64,000 nt of DNA from Polyangiaceae bacterium (GTDB lineage Bacteria; Myxococcota_A; Polyangia; Polyangiales; Polyangiaceae). Both the position numbers and the translations under genes were made by a program. This document shows positions 55,936-64,000 of this stretch, piece by piece. The stretch lies in contig CBDCTZ010000014.1 in NCBI GenBank assembly GCA_965222375.1, forward strand, positions 1,088,001 to 1,152,000, given 5' to 3'. The notes under the pieces are model-generated. The model was not told where the DNA came from. It worked only from the letters and a program-made list of their open reading frames with translations, and did not search any database. The stretch's first letter is position 1; each line of letters begins with the position of its first letter.

Positions 55936-56859
55936 ATGAAAGCTTCTGCTGTCTGGGAGGACCAGCAGCACCAGGGCTTTCGGGTACGTCGCTTTGCGGG
56001 CTCCCTCGATCACTCTGAGCGCCTGGACCATCTGCGGGTGGCGCACCTGACGGACTTGCACGTCGGGCGAGTGACGCCCTTTGCCGTCCAGAAAGCCGCT
56101 GTCCGATTGACCAACGAGTCCCGGCCCGACCTCGTCACGATCACCGGTGACTTCGTGTGCCACAGCCAGCTGTACCTGGACCAGCTGACGGAGGTCGTCG
56201 CCGGCTTTGCCGCACCCGTGCTGTGCGTGCTGGGCAATCACGACTATTGGGCCGGCGCGACCGAGGTGCGTCGGGCACTCAAGCGAGGCGGTGCGGAGGT
56301 GCTTTCCAACGAACACACCGTACTGAACCTGCGCCGGCAGCGCTTGCAGGTCGTCGGGCTGGATGATGCGTACACCGGTCATGCCTCCATGCACTCTGCA
56401 ACTCGCGGGTTGCGGCAGGATCTCCCCACCCTCGGCCTGTCCCACATTGCGGAGGAGGCAGAGGCGTTGTGGGCGCGAAGCGTGCCGTTGGTGCTGAGTG
56501 GCCATACCCATGGTGGTCAGGTGACGCTGGCGCGGCTCCACGAAATTGCCATCGGTCGCCTGGCGGGGCACAAGTACGTTCACGGTCTGTACGGAAACCG
56601 CGGTGCGGACGGCGCCGTCTACGTCGGCGCGGGGGTCGGAGCCAGCGTAATCCCCGTGCGACTCGGTGAGCGTGGACGTAGAGAAATCACTCTTTTTGAA
56701 CTCGGGCACGCACCGGGCTCGTTCGTGGAACCCTTTGGTGAGCAATCCGCAGGGCGGGGGCGCGAACCCTCTGCCCGCTTGCAGTACCTGCGCGCGGCCA
56801 AGGTCATCAAGAAGGAGCAGCGGCGTGCCCGGCTCAGCCGACGCAAGAATGGCGGCTGA
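55936..56859 (+). CDS. Metallophosphoesterase (YkuE/YaeI-like)
   Basis: TDLH, TGDF, GNHD, SH, SGHTHGGQV. Confidence 0.9.
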   Translation: MKASAVWEDQQHQGFRVRRFAGSLDHSERLDHLRVAHLTDLHVGRVTPFAVQKAAVRLTNESRPDLVTITGDFVCHSQLYLDQLTEVVAGFAAPVLCVLGNHDYWAGATEVRRALKRGGAEVLSNEHTVLNLRRQRLQVVGLDDAYTGHASMHSATRGLRQDLPTLGLSHIAEEAEALWARSVPLVLSGHTHGGQVTLARLHEIAIGRLAGHKYVHGLYGNRGADGAVYVGAGVGASVIPVRLGERGRREITLFELGHAPGSFVEPFGEQSAGRGREPSARLQYLRAAKVIKKEQRRARLSRRKNGG

Positions 56860-56871
56860 GGGGCTTTCGGC

Positions 56872-57372
56872 CTAGCCCGCTGGTGGTGGTGGCACGGTCG
56901 GCTGCTCTGGAGACTCGTGGCGCACCGTCAGCACTGGGCAGGGGGCGTTGCGGACCACACGCTCTGCGATGCTGCCCATCATCAGGCGCCCGATGCCCTT
57001 GCGCCCGTGAGTACCCATGATGACCATGTCGTAGGTGCCCTGCTCCACGAGCGTGACGATGAGCTCATCGGGGCGGCCGACCTCGACGCGCGTCGTGAGT
57101 TTCACGGCGGGCGGTCGCTCGACGCTGGCGCCGAGCTCCTGTAACTTCAACATGGCCTCGCGGCGGGCGATCTCGCCTAGCGTGCGCGGCGCGGTGCTGG
57201 TGCCGACCGCTGCCAGCAGGGTCTCGATGGGGATCACTCCGGAGGGCTCCCAAATGTAGAGCAGCTCAACGGAAGCGCCCAGTCTCTCGGCAATCGATAT
57301 TGCGGTTGTCAGCGCTTCGCCAGCGCTTTCCGAGAAGTCGGTAGGAACCACGATACGAGTAGGTAAGGCCAT
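56872..57372 (-). CDS. Universal stress protein
   Basis: IVVPTDFS...MGTHGRKG...MGSIAERVVRNAPCPVL. Confidence 0.92.
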   Translation of the reverse strand: MALPTRIVVPTDFSESAGEALTTAISIAERLGASVELLYIWEPSGVIPIETLLAAVGTSTAPRTLGEIARREAMLKLQELGASVERPPAVKLTTRVEVGRPDELIVTLVEQGTYDMVIMGTHGRKGIGRLMMGSIAERVVRNAPCPVLTVRHESPEQPTVPPPPAG

Positions 57373-57394
57373 GCGGGAATCTCGATTCTCAGTC

Positions 57395-57410
57395 TGCAGG
57401 AGTCGTGCCT
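57395..57410 (-). promoter_or_regulatory. sigma54 promoter of the USP gene
   Basis: AGGCACGACTCCTGCA (GG-N10-GC) about 23 bp upstream of ATG. Confidence 0.6.
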
Positions 57411-57510
57411 CGTCGCCAACCCGGCTTGTGTGGGGAGCTCGGGGGATCCCGATGCCGCGACCCGCAAGAATCACCAAGGCTGGGGTAGCGCCGGAAGATT
57501 CTGCGCGGGG

Positions 57511-58917
57511 CTAGTGTCCAGGTGGTAGGCGCAACCGAAAGACCGTCTGACCGGGCCTGGAGTCAAAGCTTATCTGTCCCCCGTGCTCGTCGATGATGCG
57601 ATGCACAATCGCTAGCCCCAGCCCCGTGCCTGCCTCTTTGGTGGTGTAGAAGGCGTCGAAAATCGGCGCATCGTCCGGAATGCCTGGCCCAGTATCTTCG
57701 ATGTCGACGCCGGCGAGCCCTTCCAGGTCCGTGGCCAGCGTGCGTACGGTGAGGGTGCCTCCGCCGCGCATGGCCTCCACCGCGTTGCGCATGAGGTTGA
57801 GCAGCACTTGCCTCAGCCGTTCCGGATCCACTTCAACGGGAGACTGAGCTCCGAACTCCTGCTTCAACTCGATTCTTGCTTCGCTTATTTCCGGCGCGAG
57901 CTGCGCCAGAACGGAGCCGACGAGTTCGTCCAGCGCGGTTCGTTTGAGTTCCAGGGGGCTGGGGCGGGCGAAGGCAAGGAAGTCTTTGACCAAACGCTCT
58001 AGGCGAAGAATCTCGTCATGCACGATGTTGACGACGGGGAGCAACCCACCGGGCGCGGTGTTCCCTTTTTCGATTCGTCGGCGCAGCACTTGCAGTTGCA
58101 AGGTGGCCGAATTGAGCGGGTTGCGAACTTCATGAGCCAGGCCAGCCGCTAGAGTGCCTACTGCCGCCAGCCGCTCGGTGCGCAGAGTGCGGCGGTGCAT
58201 CGCGCGCTCTTCCGTGACGTCAGTCCCCAGCGCGTAGGTGATGGGAGCGGCGACGCCATCCAACTCGGTCAGGTGCCAGTGCACTAGCCTGGCAGGTCCT
58301 TCCGCGCGCCGTAGAGTGCGGTCACCGCCACGCCCAACCAACTCTCGGCCGGGTTGCCCGAGCACTTCGCTGCGCGGTCTACCGGTGACCTGTTCCAGCC
58401 GGTGATTCCAAAGCACAATCTGGTCGTCAGCGTCCAAGGCCATGACGAACGCGGGCATGGCTTCGACGACCTCTCGGTGACGGCGCTCGGACTCTTCCAG
58501 CTCCGCGCGCAGGGTCTCGCGCTCCCGCACCAAGAGCGCCCGAGCCAGTGCCGCCGACGCCGTTTGCATCAGGGCCTTGGGCGAGAACGGCTTGAGCACG
58601 AAGGCGAACGCGCCCTCGCTGACTGCCGCCGCGGCGCTCTCCACGGTCGCGTCCCCGGTGATGAGCACCACCTCGCAGTGTGGGCAGCGCTTGCGCAGGT
58701 TGCGCACCAAATCCAAGCCATCCACGTCGGGTAGGTGCAGGTCGACAAATGCTAGGTCAATGGCATGGTTCACCGCTTCGCAGTGCTTCACGGCGCCTGC
58801 GCCAGAAGTGGCGACCAGACAATCGATGTCGTAATCGTCGAGGCTACCCAAAACGTCCCGCAGGTTGTCGGCGAGTTCGGCATTGTCGTCGACGATCAGT
58901 ACTCTGGCTTGCTTCAT
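57511..58917 (-). CDS. Hybrid REC-PAS-histidine kinase (NmpS-like)
   Basis: VDD/VDLHLP/KP receiver, PAS, AHEVRNPL, N box, DTGPGI, GTGLGL. Confidence 0.92.
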   Translation of the reverse strand: MKQARVLIVDDNAELADNLRDVLGSLDDYDIDCLVATSGAGAVKHCEAVNHAIDLAFVDLHLPDVDGLDLVRNLRKRCPHCEVVLITGDATVESAAAAVSEGAFAFVLKPFSPKALMQTASAALARALLVRERETLRAELEESERRHREVVEAMPAFVMALDADDQIVLWNHRLEQVTGRPRSEVLGQPGRELVGRGGDRTLRRAEGPARLVHWHLTELDGVAAPITYALGTDVTEERAMHRRTLRTERLAAVGTLAAGLAHEVRNPLNSATLQLQVLRRRIEKGNTAPGGLLPVVNIVHDEILRLERLVKDFLAFARPSPLELKRTALDELVGSVLAQLAPEISEARIELKQEFGAQSPVEVDPERLRQVLLNLMRNAVEAMRGGGTLTVRTLATDLEGLAGVDIEDTGPGIPDDAPIFDAFYTTKEAGTGLGLAIVHRIIDEHGGQISFDSRPGQTVFRLRLPPGH

Positions 58918-58920
58918 CGA

Positions 58921-59328
58921 CTACTTGCTCTGGTGATCGACCAGCTCGCTCAGGGTGGTCTGGAGGCGCGGCAGGTCGACGGGTTTCGATTGGATGTCGA
59001 TGACACCCAAGCTGCTTGCACGGTCTAGGCACGACTGTTCGACGAAGCCACTCATGACAATGGCCGGAACAGCAGAGTCGCGCTTGCGAAGTTCCTCGAT
59101 GAGTTCGATTCCACCTTTACCGGGGAGCTTGAGGTCCGTGAGGATGCAGTCCACGGCTTGGTCTGCGAGATGGGCCAATGCCCCTTCGGCACTCTTCACG
59201 GCGCTGACGCCGAAGCCGAAGCCGCATAGAATCTCCGTCAGGTTCTCCGCCAGAGCGGGGTCGTCCTCGACAATCAGGATTTCCAGTCGGCGGCTCCCTG
59301 TCTGGCTCGCGAAGCGTGAATCACCCAT
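58921..59328 (-). CDS. Single-domain response regulator
   Basis: ILIVEDD, LTDLKLP, MSG, SKP; overlaps the upstream kinase stop. Confidence 0.9.
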   Translation of the reverse strand: MGDSRFASQTGSRRLEILIVEDDPALAENLTEILCGFGFGVSAVKSAEGALAHLADQAVDCILTDLKLPGKGGIELIEELRKRDSAVPAIVMSGFVEQSCLDRASSLGVIDIQSKPVDLPRLQTTLSELVDHQSK

Positions 59329-60484
59329 CCGTCACGTCTCTCGTGGGCAGCCACAGACGAAACTTCGCGCCTTCGCTGCAGTCCAGCACTTCAATTTCAC
59401 CTTGGTGGGCATCCAGCACCCGCCGGCAGAGCGCAAGCCCCAGACCCGTTCCTCGGGCTTTCGTCGTGTATAGGGCGTCGAAGACGCGCTGGCGGTCTTC
59501 CGGACGGATGCCCGGACCCGAGTCCCGGAGCACGATGGCCACGCCCCCAGGCGCCTCCCGAGCCGCGATCCAGAGCTTGGGATCGGACCCTTGCGCCTGC
59601 CAGGCGTTGAGGGCGAGGTTGCTGATCACGTGGGCTAGATCGGTTGGATCTGCGTCTACGAGCAGTTCTGGAGGAACATCCAAATGCACGGCATCCCGAG
59701 GTTCGACGCCGCTTTGTTCGACGCCCTTGTGCACCGAATCGAGCAAGCTGTGGCGTGCAATCTTTGGTGGCCGGTCCCGCGCCAGATCGAGCAGGTTGTC
59801 GATGGTGCGGGTGCATAGCGCCACCTGCTCTTCGATCCGCTGAATGTGCTTTTTGAAGAGGGCTTCCCCTTCGTCATCCTCGCGACTGGAGTTTCTCAAG
59901 AGGAAGGCGGAAGAGCCGATTACGCCAAGGGGATTGCGTAGTTCGTGGCCGATACTGGCAGCGAGTTGGCCGATCGTCGCCAGTCGAGCCGATCCGCGCA
60001 CTTTGCGGTCCATGTCCTCTCGGTAAGTGTCGAGCATGATCGCGAGTTCCAGGTCGACCGCCCGCTCGAGGGCTAGAGTGACTTGGGGCAACTCTTCTCT
60101 TGGCAGCTTCTCAAAGGCGATGGCCAAAAGTCGGCTTCGGATCCGGTTCATCGCCGTGAACATGTAGTGTTGGGGCAGATTGATCCGGACGTGCACCCGA
60201 CCGATTCGCGCGTTCTTCTCCAAGTACTCCGCGTCCCTCGCTCGCGTCAGCATGTCGTGCATCCATTGGACAAGCGTGCGCTTGAGTCGGTCGATCTGCG
60301 GTTGACCCCCTGTGATCGCGTCTCGGGTGTCTCCGTGGGCGGCAATTGCCGCGTAGAAATCATCCGCCACGGCGCTCAAGTGGGGCTCGGCCAGGGCTGC
60401 AAAGGCCCGCAGCCGCTCGAGATCTTCGGCCGTGAACCCTACGTACTGCTCGAGGCTCTCAAGTATAGTGCGATCCAGGTGCAT
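59321..60484 (-). CDS. Protoglobin-coupled sensor histidine kinase (NmpU-like)
   Basis: 'YVGFTAED...DDFY...IGRVHVRINL' sensor globin; GHELRNPL, DSGPGI, GTGLGL. Confidence 0.9.
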   Translation of the reverse strand: MHLDRTILESLEQYVGFTAEDLERLRAFAALAEPHLSAVADDFYAAIAAHGDTRDAITGGQPQIDRLKRTLVQWMHDMLTRARDAEYLEKNARIGRVHVRINLPQHYMFTAMNRIRSRLLAIAFEKLPREELPQVTLALERAVDLELAIMLDTYREDMDRKVRGSARLATIGQLAASIGHELRNPLGVIGSSAFLLRNSSREDDEGEALFKKHIQRIEEQVALCTRTIDNLLDLARDRPPKIARHSLLDSVHKGVEQSGVEPRDAVHLDVPPELLVDADPTDLAHVISNLALNAWQAQGSDPKLWIAAREAPGGVAIVLRDSGPGIRPEDRQRVFDALYTTKARGTGLGLALCRRVLDAHQGEIEVLDCSEGAKFRLWLPTRDVTDG

Positions 60485-60559
60485 GGGTGGGTAGCATTCC
60501 CCGCGATGCTGCAGAGATTCGCTATCACGCATGCCACGTGGGTTCTAGCGTGTGAAGCC

Positions 60560-61018
60560 TTACTTCGCCTTCTCGCGAACACTCAGCACCGGTCGACGAG
60601 ATCTGCGCACGACCTTTTCCGCGACACTGCCTAGCAGAAGGTGTGAGAGCCCGGTGCGACCGTGCGTTCCAAGGGCGACCAGATCGTAGTTGCCACTATC
60701 GGCAGCTTCTACGATGACGCGCGCGGGGTCGCCCTGCTTCACCAGGGTCGTTCCGACCTTGATGCCATCCTGTTCGGCTGCGGCGACAAACTCCTTCATG
60801 GCCGTGTCCGCGTGGTCGCGTGCGAGCTCCGCCAGAGTCTGAGTTCCCCCCGACACTCCAACCATGGCTTCCGGCGCGACGAACGCGGGTGCTTCCCAAA
60901 CGTGAAGGACATCAATTGTGGCATCGAAGGCCTTGGCCAGCTCCGCCGCTCGCGACAGGGCTAACCGGGAACAACCCGAGAAATCGACCGGTACCAAGAT
61001 TCGCTTAACTTCGTGCAT
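60560..61018 (-). CDS. Universal stress protein
   Basis: ILVPVDFS...GTHGRTG...LGSVAEKVVR. Confidence 0.92.
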   Translation of the reverse strand: MHEVKRILVPVDFSGCSRLALSRAAELAKAFDATIDVLHVWEAPAFVAPEAMVGVSGGTQTLAELARDHADTAMKEFVAAAEQDGIKVGTTLVKQGDPARVIVEAADSGNYDLVALGTHGRTGLSHLLLGSVAEKVVRRSRRPVLSVREKAK

Positions 61019-61042
61019 TTCACTGCTCCCAAAACTTCATGC

Positions 61043-61537
61043 TCACAGAAGCCGCGGCTCGAAGAGTGGCTGAGCCGTCGCCTTGCTATCCTTCGTCGGA
61101 ATGACCAATACCGGGCAGGGCGCCCGCCGCACGACGTTCTCAGCCACGCTGCCCAAAGCCAGCCGCTTGGTGCCCGAGCGCCCGTGCGTCCCCATGATGA
61201 TCCAATCGTGCTTCTCTCGTTCTGCGACGGCAACTATTGCCACCGCAGCCTCTCCGTGGACGAGCCGCACGTGATCCGGCGTCAAGTCCAGGGACTGAGA
61301 CGTCAGGAATTCTCGGAGTTCGGCGGTGGCTTGCTCTTCAGCCAGTTCCCACAACGGACGCGGGCCTGTTCCCATCCAGACCAACACGCTGGGCTGGATG
61401 TAGTGCGGCACATGGTAGGCCATGATCACGGTCAGGTCGGCGTCCAAGTGCTCGGCCCAGACCCGCGCAACCTCCAGCGCGTGCGCGGAGCAATCCGAGC
61501 AATCGATGGCGCAGAGGATCTTCGACTTGGTTGTCAT
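61043..61537 (-). CDS. Universal stress protein
   Basis: ILCAIDCS...MGTHGRSG...LGSVAENVVRRAPCPVL. Confidence 0.92.
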   Translation of the reverse strand: MTTKSKILCAIDCSDCSAHALEVARVWAEHLDADLTVIMAYHVPHYIQPSVLVWMGTGPRPLWELAEEQATAELREFLTSQSLDLTPDHVRLVHGEAAVAIVAVAEREKHDWIIMGTHGRSGTKRLALGSVAENVVRRAPCPVLVIPTKDSKATAQPLFEPRLL

Positions 61538-62328
61538 GAAGCACCGTCCGCTTCAGGTGAGGTGGTTGCCGCCCGCTCGGAAGCGAGGGGGACAGCATAT
61601 CCGTGTTGGCGCGCCATCCAGCGTAGCAAGTCGATCGCCGAGAGGATTCCCACTACTGCGCCGGAGCGCGCACCGATCACCACCAGCCGGTGCACACCCT
61701 CATGGGCCATCAGCGCGGCGGCTTGGGAAATCGGCGCTGTCTCCGCGATGGTGAAAGCCATGGGCATCATGATGTCCTCAACGATCTCCTCAGCCAGACG
61801 AGTCAGATGCAGCCCCGCCCCCAAATCTAGTTCGTAGCCCCCCGCTTTGACAGGTCCCGCATCGACTTCTGCGGCCTCCAATGCGGAGCCCTGTCGCCGG
61901 AGCAGGTCGGTTTTCGAAACCACTCCCAAGGGCTTGCCCTTTTCGTCGACCACGGGCGCGCCACTGATTCCACGCTCGAGCATCATCAGGGTCAGTGCGT
62001 CCAAGGACAGTTCCGGGCTCACGCACACCACGTGGGAGGTCATGACGCTCGACACCGGCGGATCCGCTGGAGGCGGGAGTTCGACCTGGGGTGGGGCGGG
62101 CCGCGCCTGGTTCTCGGCCTCCGTGCTGCCGCGGCACATCAGAAACGTGTCGCGTTCACTGGGATCGAGGTGCAGACCGCCGCAGTCTTCGCAGCCAAGG
62201 CAGGAATCCACGGGCACCGTGGCATTGAGCCGGGTGCAAAAGACGCTGAGTTCCATGCCTTGCCCCCCGTCTTCCTCCCAAGTTCTGCGTACCTGGATGG
62301 GCAGCAGCTTTCCGCGTTCCTTGCTCAC
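61534..62328 (-). CDS. CBS-pair protein with N-terminal Cys-rich domain
   Basis: Two CBS motifs (ISGAPVVD...GVVSKTDL; VHRLVV...GILSAIDL); N-terminal C..CxxCxxC..C; GGAGG before GTG 62328. Confidence 0.85.
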   Translation of the reverse strand: MSKERGKLLPIQVRRTWEEDGGQGMELSVFCTRLNATVPVDSCLGCEDCGGLHLDPSERDTFLMCRGSTEAENQARPAPPQVELPPPADPPVSSVMTSHVVCVSPELSLDALTLMMLERGISGAPVVDEKGKPLGVVSKTDLLRRQGSALEAAEVDAGPVKAGGYELDLGAGLHLTRLAEEIVEDIMMPMAFTIAETAPISQAAALMAHEGVHRLVVIGARSGAVVGILSAIDLLRWMARQHGYAVPLASERAATTSPEADGAS

Positions 62329-62347
62329 GCTAGCCTCCCTCCGTTTC

Positions 62348-62395
62348 GTCGCGCAAAAATTGCGCGACCCCAAGTCGGCAACGCAAGGCTTGCCC
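62348..62395. promoter_or_regulatory. Tandem GCGCA-N5-TGCGC-type bEBP binding boxes
   Basis: Perfect palindrome gtcgcgcaa-aaa-ttgcgcgac (62348-62368) and acgca-aggct-tgccc at 62381. Confidence 0.65.
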
Positions 62396-62474
62396 CGGGC
62401 CCGGAGTTCGGCCCCCCGGATCGTCCCAGGTTGCGTCGAAGCTATGGTCCGTGAACCTCACGAACAGGTTGAAT

Positions 62475-62490
62475 TGCAAGCTCTGCACCA
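62475..62490 (-). promoter_or_regulatory. sigma54 promoter facing the CBS/USP/kinase genes
   Basis: TGGTGCAGAGCTTGCA (GG-N10-GC). Confidence 0.55.
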
Positions 62491-62491
62491 G

Positions 62492-62507
62492 CGGCATGCC
62501 GGTTGCA
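62492..62507 (+). promoter_or_regulatory. sigma54 promoter of the CBS gene at 62539
   Basis: CGGCATGCCGGTTGCA (GG-N10-GC). Confidence 0.7.
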
Positions 62508-62538
62508 GAAGTGCCCCACGCCAGGTTAGGAAGCCCAC

Positions 62539-62949
62539 ATGGTTGTTGAAGAGATCATGACAAAAGACCCGATAACGGCTGATGCTGCCTCAGCGATTCG
62601 GGATGTGATGTCGGTGCTATTCGAACTCGACGTTCGTCACCTGCCCATCGTCGACGGCAACACGCTAGTGGGCATCATCAGCGACCGCGACGTGCGAGCC
62701 TACCTCGCTCCGACCCTCGTAGAGTTGGACAAGCCCGACGACATTGCGCAACGTCTCGCTCAACCCATTTCGTCGGTGATGAGTTCGGATGTGATGTCGG
62801 TGAATCCAGAAATGGAGCTCACCGAACTCGTTGACCTGATGCTCGATCACAAGGTTGGCGCCGTCCCTGTAGTGGACCCTGAGAACGATGACCTGGTCGG
62901 AATCGTGAGCTACATGGACGTCCTCCGCGCCGCACAAGACAAGCTCTAG
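62539..62949 (+). CDS. CBS domain protein
   Basis: VEEIMTKDPIT...VRHLPIVD...GIISDRD; KVGAVPVVD...GIVSYMDVL. Confidence 0.92.
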   Translation: MVVEEIMTKDPITADAASAIRDVMSVLFELDVRHLPIVDGNTLVGIISDRDVRAYLAPTLVELDKPDDIAQRLAQPISSVMSSDVMSVNPEMELTELVDLMLDHKVGAVPVVDPENDDLVGIVSYMDVLRAAQDKL

Positions 62950-63821
62950 CTGCGGCCCGCGGCGCTCTGCGGTGCGCCCGTAATTACCAAGGAACACGGG
63001 CATGTGCGAACGATGCCTTCGGCAGTCCGACCCAACAGGACGCGGCGTACGCCTCCCTCACCGCATCGCCCGACGACCAACACATCGGCCTGGGTGTCGC
63101 TCGCGAACCCTGTGAGCACGTGCGTGGGATCTCCCCACGCGAAATGCACCTCGTCCTCGTGATCCGGTGCGACGGCGGCCACGAATCGTCGAATCTGGTC
63201 CTCGGACTCCGCGCGAAACCTGTCATTTTCCGTCTTCTCCTCTTCCACGCTCATTCCAAGGGGGTTCAGATCGGGGTTTTCGATGGCGGCTACCAAGGTG
63301 AGAGAAGCACCGCAACGCTCGGAGATCGCACGCCCATCTTCGATTGCGACCCGCGAGGTGTCAGAGCCGTCGACGCCTACGACGACTCGCTGGATTTCCT
63401 CCTGTCGCGGTCGACTCACCCAAACGGGTTGCCGCGCATGCCGAGCTACCGCCTCGGCGGTGGACCCCACGACCAGTCGCTCGAGCGTTCCTTTGTTGCT
63501 TGCACCGACCATGATCAGGTTGATGTGGAGTTTTTCAGCTGCTTCAGCGATGGCTTCCCCCGCGTTGCCCCGGGCGACAGGAATCACCTCGGCCGGTATT
63601 CCTGCCGCCTCCAGCTCTCGAACCCAACTCGCAAGGCGGTCTTCAGCCTCTTGCTGCAGCTGGCCGGAAGATACCCAGGTGCGAAGCGCAGAGGGTAGCG
63701 CTGTCAGCACACGTACCCGTGCATTGAACGCCTTGGCAACCGACGCCACCTCATGACGCGCGGCCTGCGCCGCCGTGTCGAAGTCCGTTGCGAACAAGAT
63801 CTGCTTTTCGGTCATGGTCAT
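62946..63821 (-). CDS. Tandem-domain universal stress protein
   Basis: Two USP domains (ILFATDFD...GSTAEAVAR; VVVGVDGS...LGRTAEGIVRTCPCSL). Confidence 0.9.
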   Translation of the reverse strand: MTMTEKQILFATDFDTAAQAARHEVASVAKAFNARVRVLTALPSALRTWVSSGQLQQEAEDRLASWVRELEAAGIPAEVIPVARGNAGEAIAEAAEKLHINLIMVGASNKGTLERLVVGSTAEAVARHARQPVWVSRPRQEEIQRVVVGVDGSDTSRVAIEDGRAISERCGASLTLVAAIENPDLNPLGMSVEEEKTENDRFRAESEDQIRRFVAAVAPDHEDEVHFAWGDPTHVLTGFASDTQADVLVVGRCGEGGVRRVLLGRTAEGIVRTCPCSLVITGAPQSAAGRS

Positions 63822-63965
63822 GTCCTTTTGGGGCGGTCTGCTCGGCCGACCGCCGCATCAAACCTCAGCAGATTCTCGACGAGGGTTCCAGCGCTTGGAT
63901 TGAGCGCCTGAACGGCGGGTCAAGCAGCGCCGGTTTGTGGCTGTGTTTTCATGCAAACTTCACAG

Positions 63966-64000
63966 GCGCAAGCCCTGCGCCGCCCGAGCTGTCGGCCGCA
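63966..64000. promoter_or_regulatory. GCGCA-N5-TGCGC box plus the start of a second box 30 bp away
   Basis: gcgca-agccc-tgcgc (63966-63980); ccgca at 63996-64000, cut by the window end. Confidence 0.6.

Noticed and set aside
60521..60536. sigma54 promoter for the globin kinase (TGGCATGCGTGATAGC)
   Set aside because: Good -24 element, but GG-to-GC spacing is 11 rather than the required 10
63968..63982. sigma54 promoter on the minus strand (CGGCGCAGGGCTTGC)
   Set aside because: Coincides with the perfect GCGCA-N5-TGCGC palindrome, which explains it better; not excluded

Overview
High-GC bacterial chromosomal segment. Its gene content (eukaryote-like Ser/Thr kinases, FHA and AgmX/PglI-type proteins, many Gly/Ser-tethered Cys-rich lipoproteins, FGE-sulfatase paralogs, sigma54 promoters) suggests Myxococcota, probably Polyangiaceae-like; this is inference, not a database result. 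There are about 58 likely CDSs, and I recognise no rRNA, tRNA, CRISPR array, transposase or integrase. Recognisable genes: ABC-2 permease, two Ser/Thr kinases, pepP with a divergent HTH regulator, an intact recC-recB-recD operon, a folB-cupin fusion, a fabH-like KASIII, an acyl-CoA dehydrogenase, a HemN-like radical SAM enzyme and a tetraheme cytochrome c. At the right end is an oxygen/stress locus: protoglobin histidine kinase, stand-alone receiver, REC-PAS hybrid kinase, four USP genes and two CBS genes. It resembles the M. xanthus NmpU/T/S system and carries sigma54 promoters plus GCGCA-N5-TGCGC boxes paired 30 bp apart. The most unexplained structure is a cassette at 14.2-15.0 kb: a four-helix-bundle (IVP/Avd-like) gene, a strongly structured leader that sequesters its RBS, and a ~300 bp array of hexamer-based repeats. 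Other oddities are a 2x76 bp duplication exactly filling a convergent intergenic gap, a canonical Kunitz/BPTI domain on a lipoprotein, and three frameshifted or internally deleted genes. All product calls come from motif recognition by eye.
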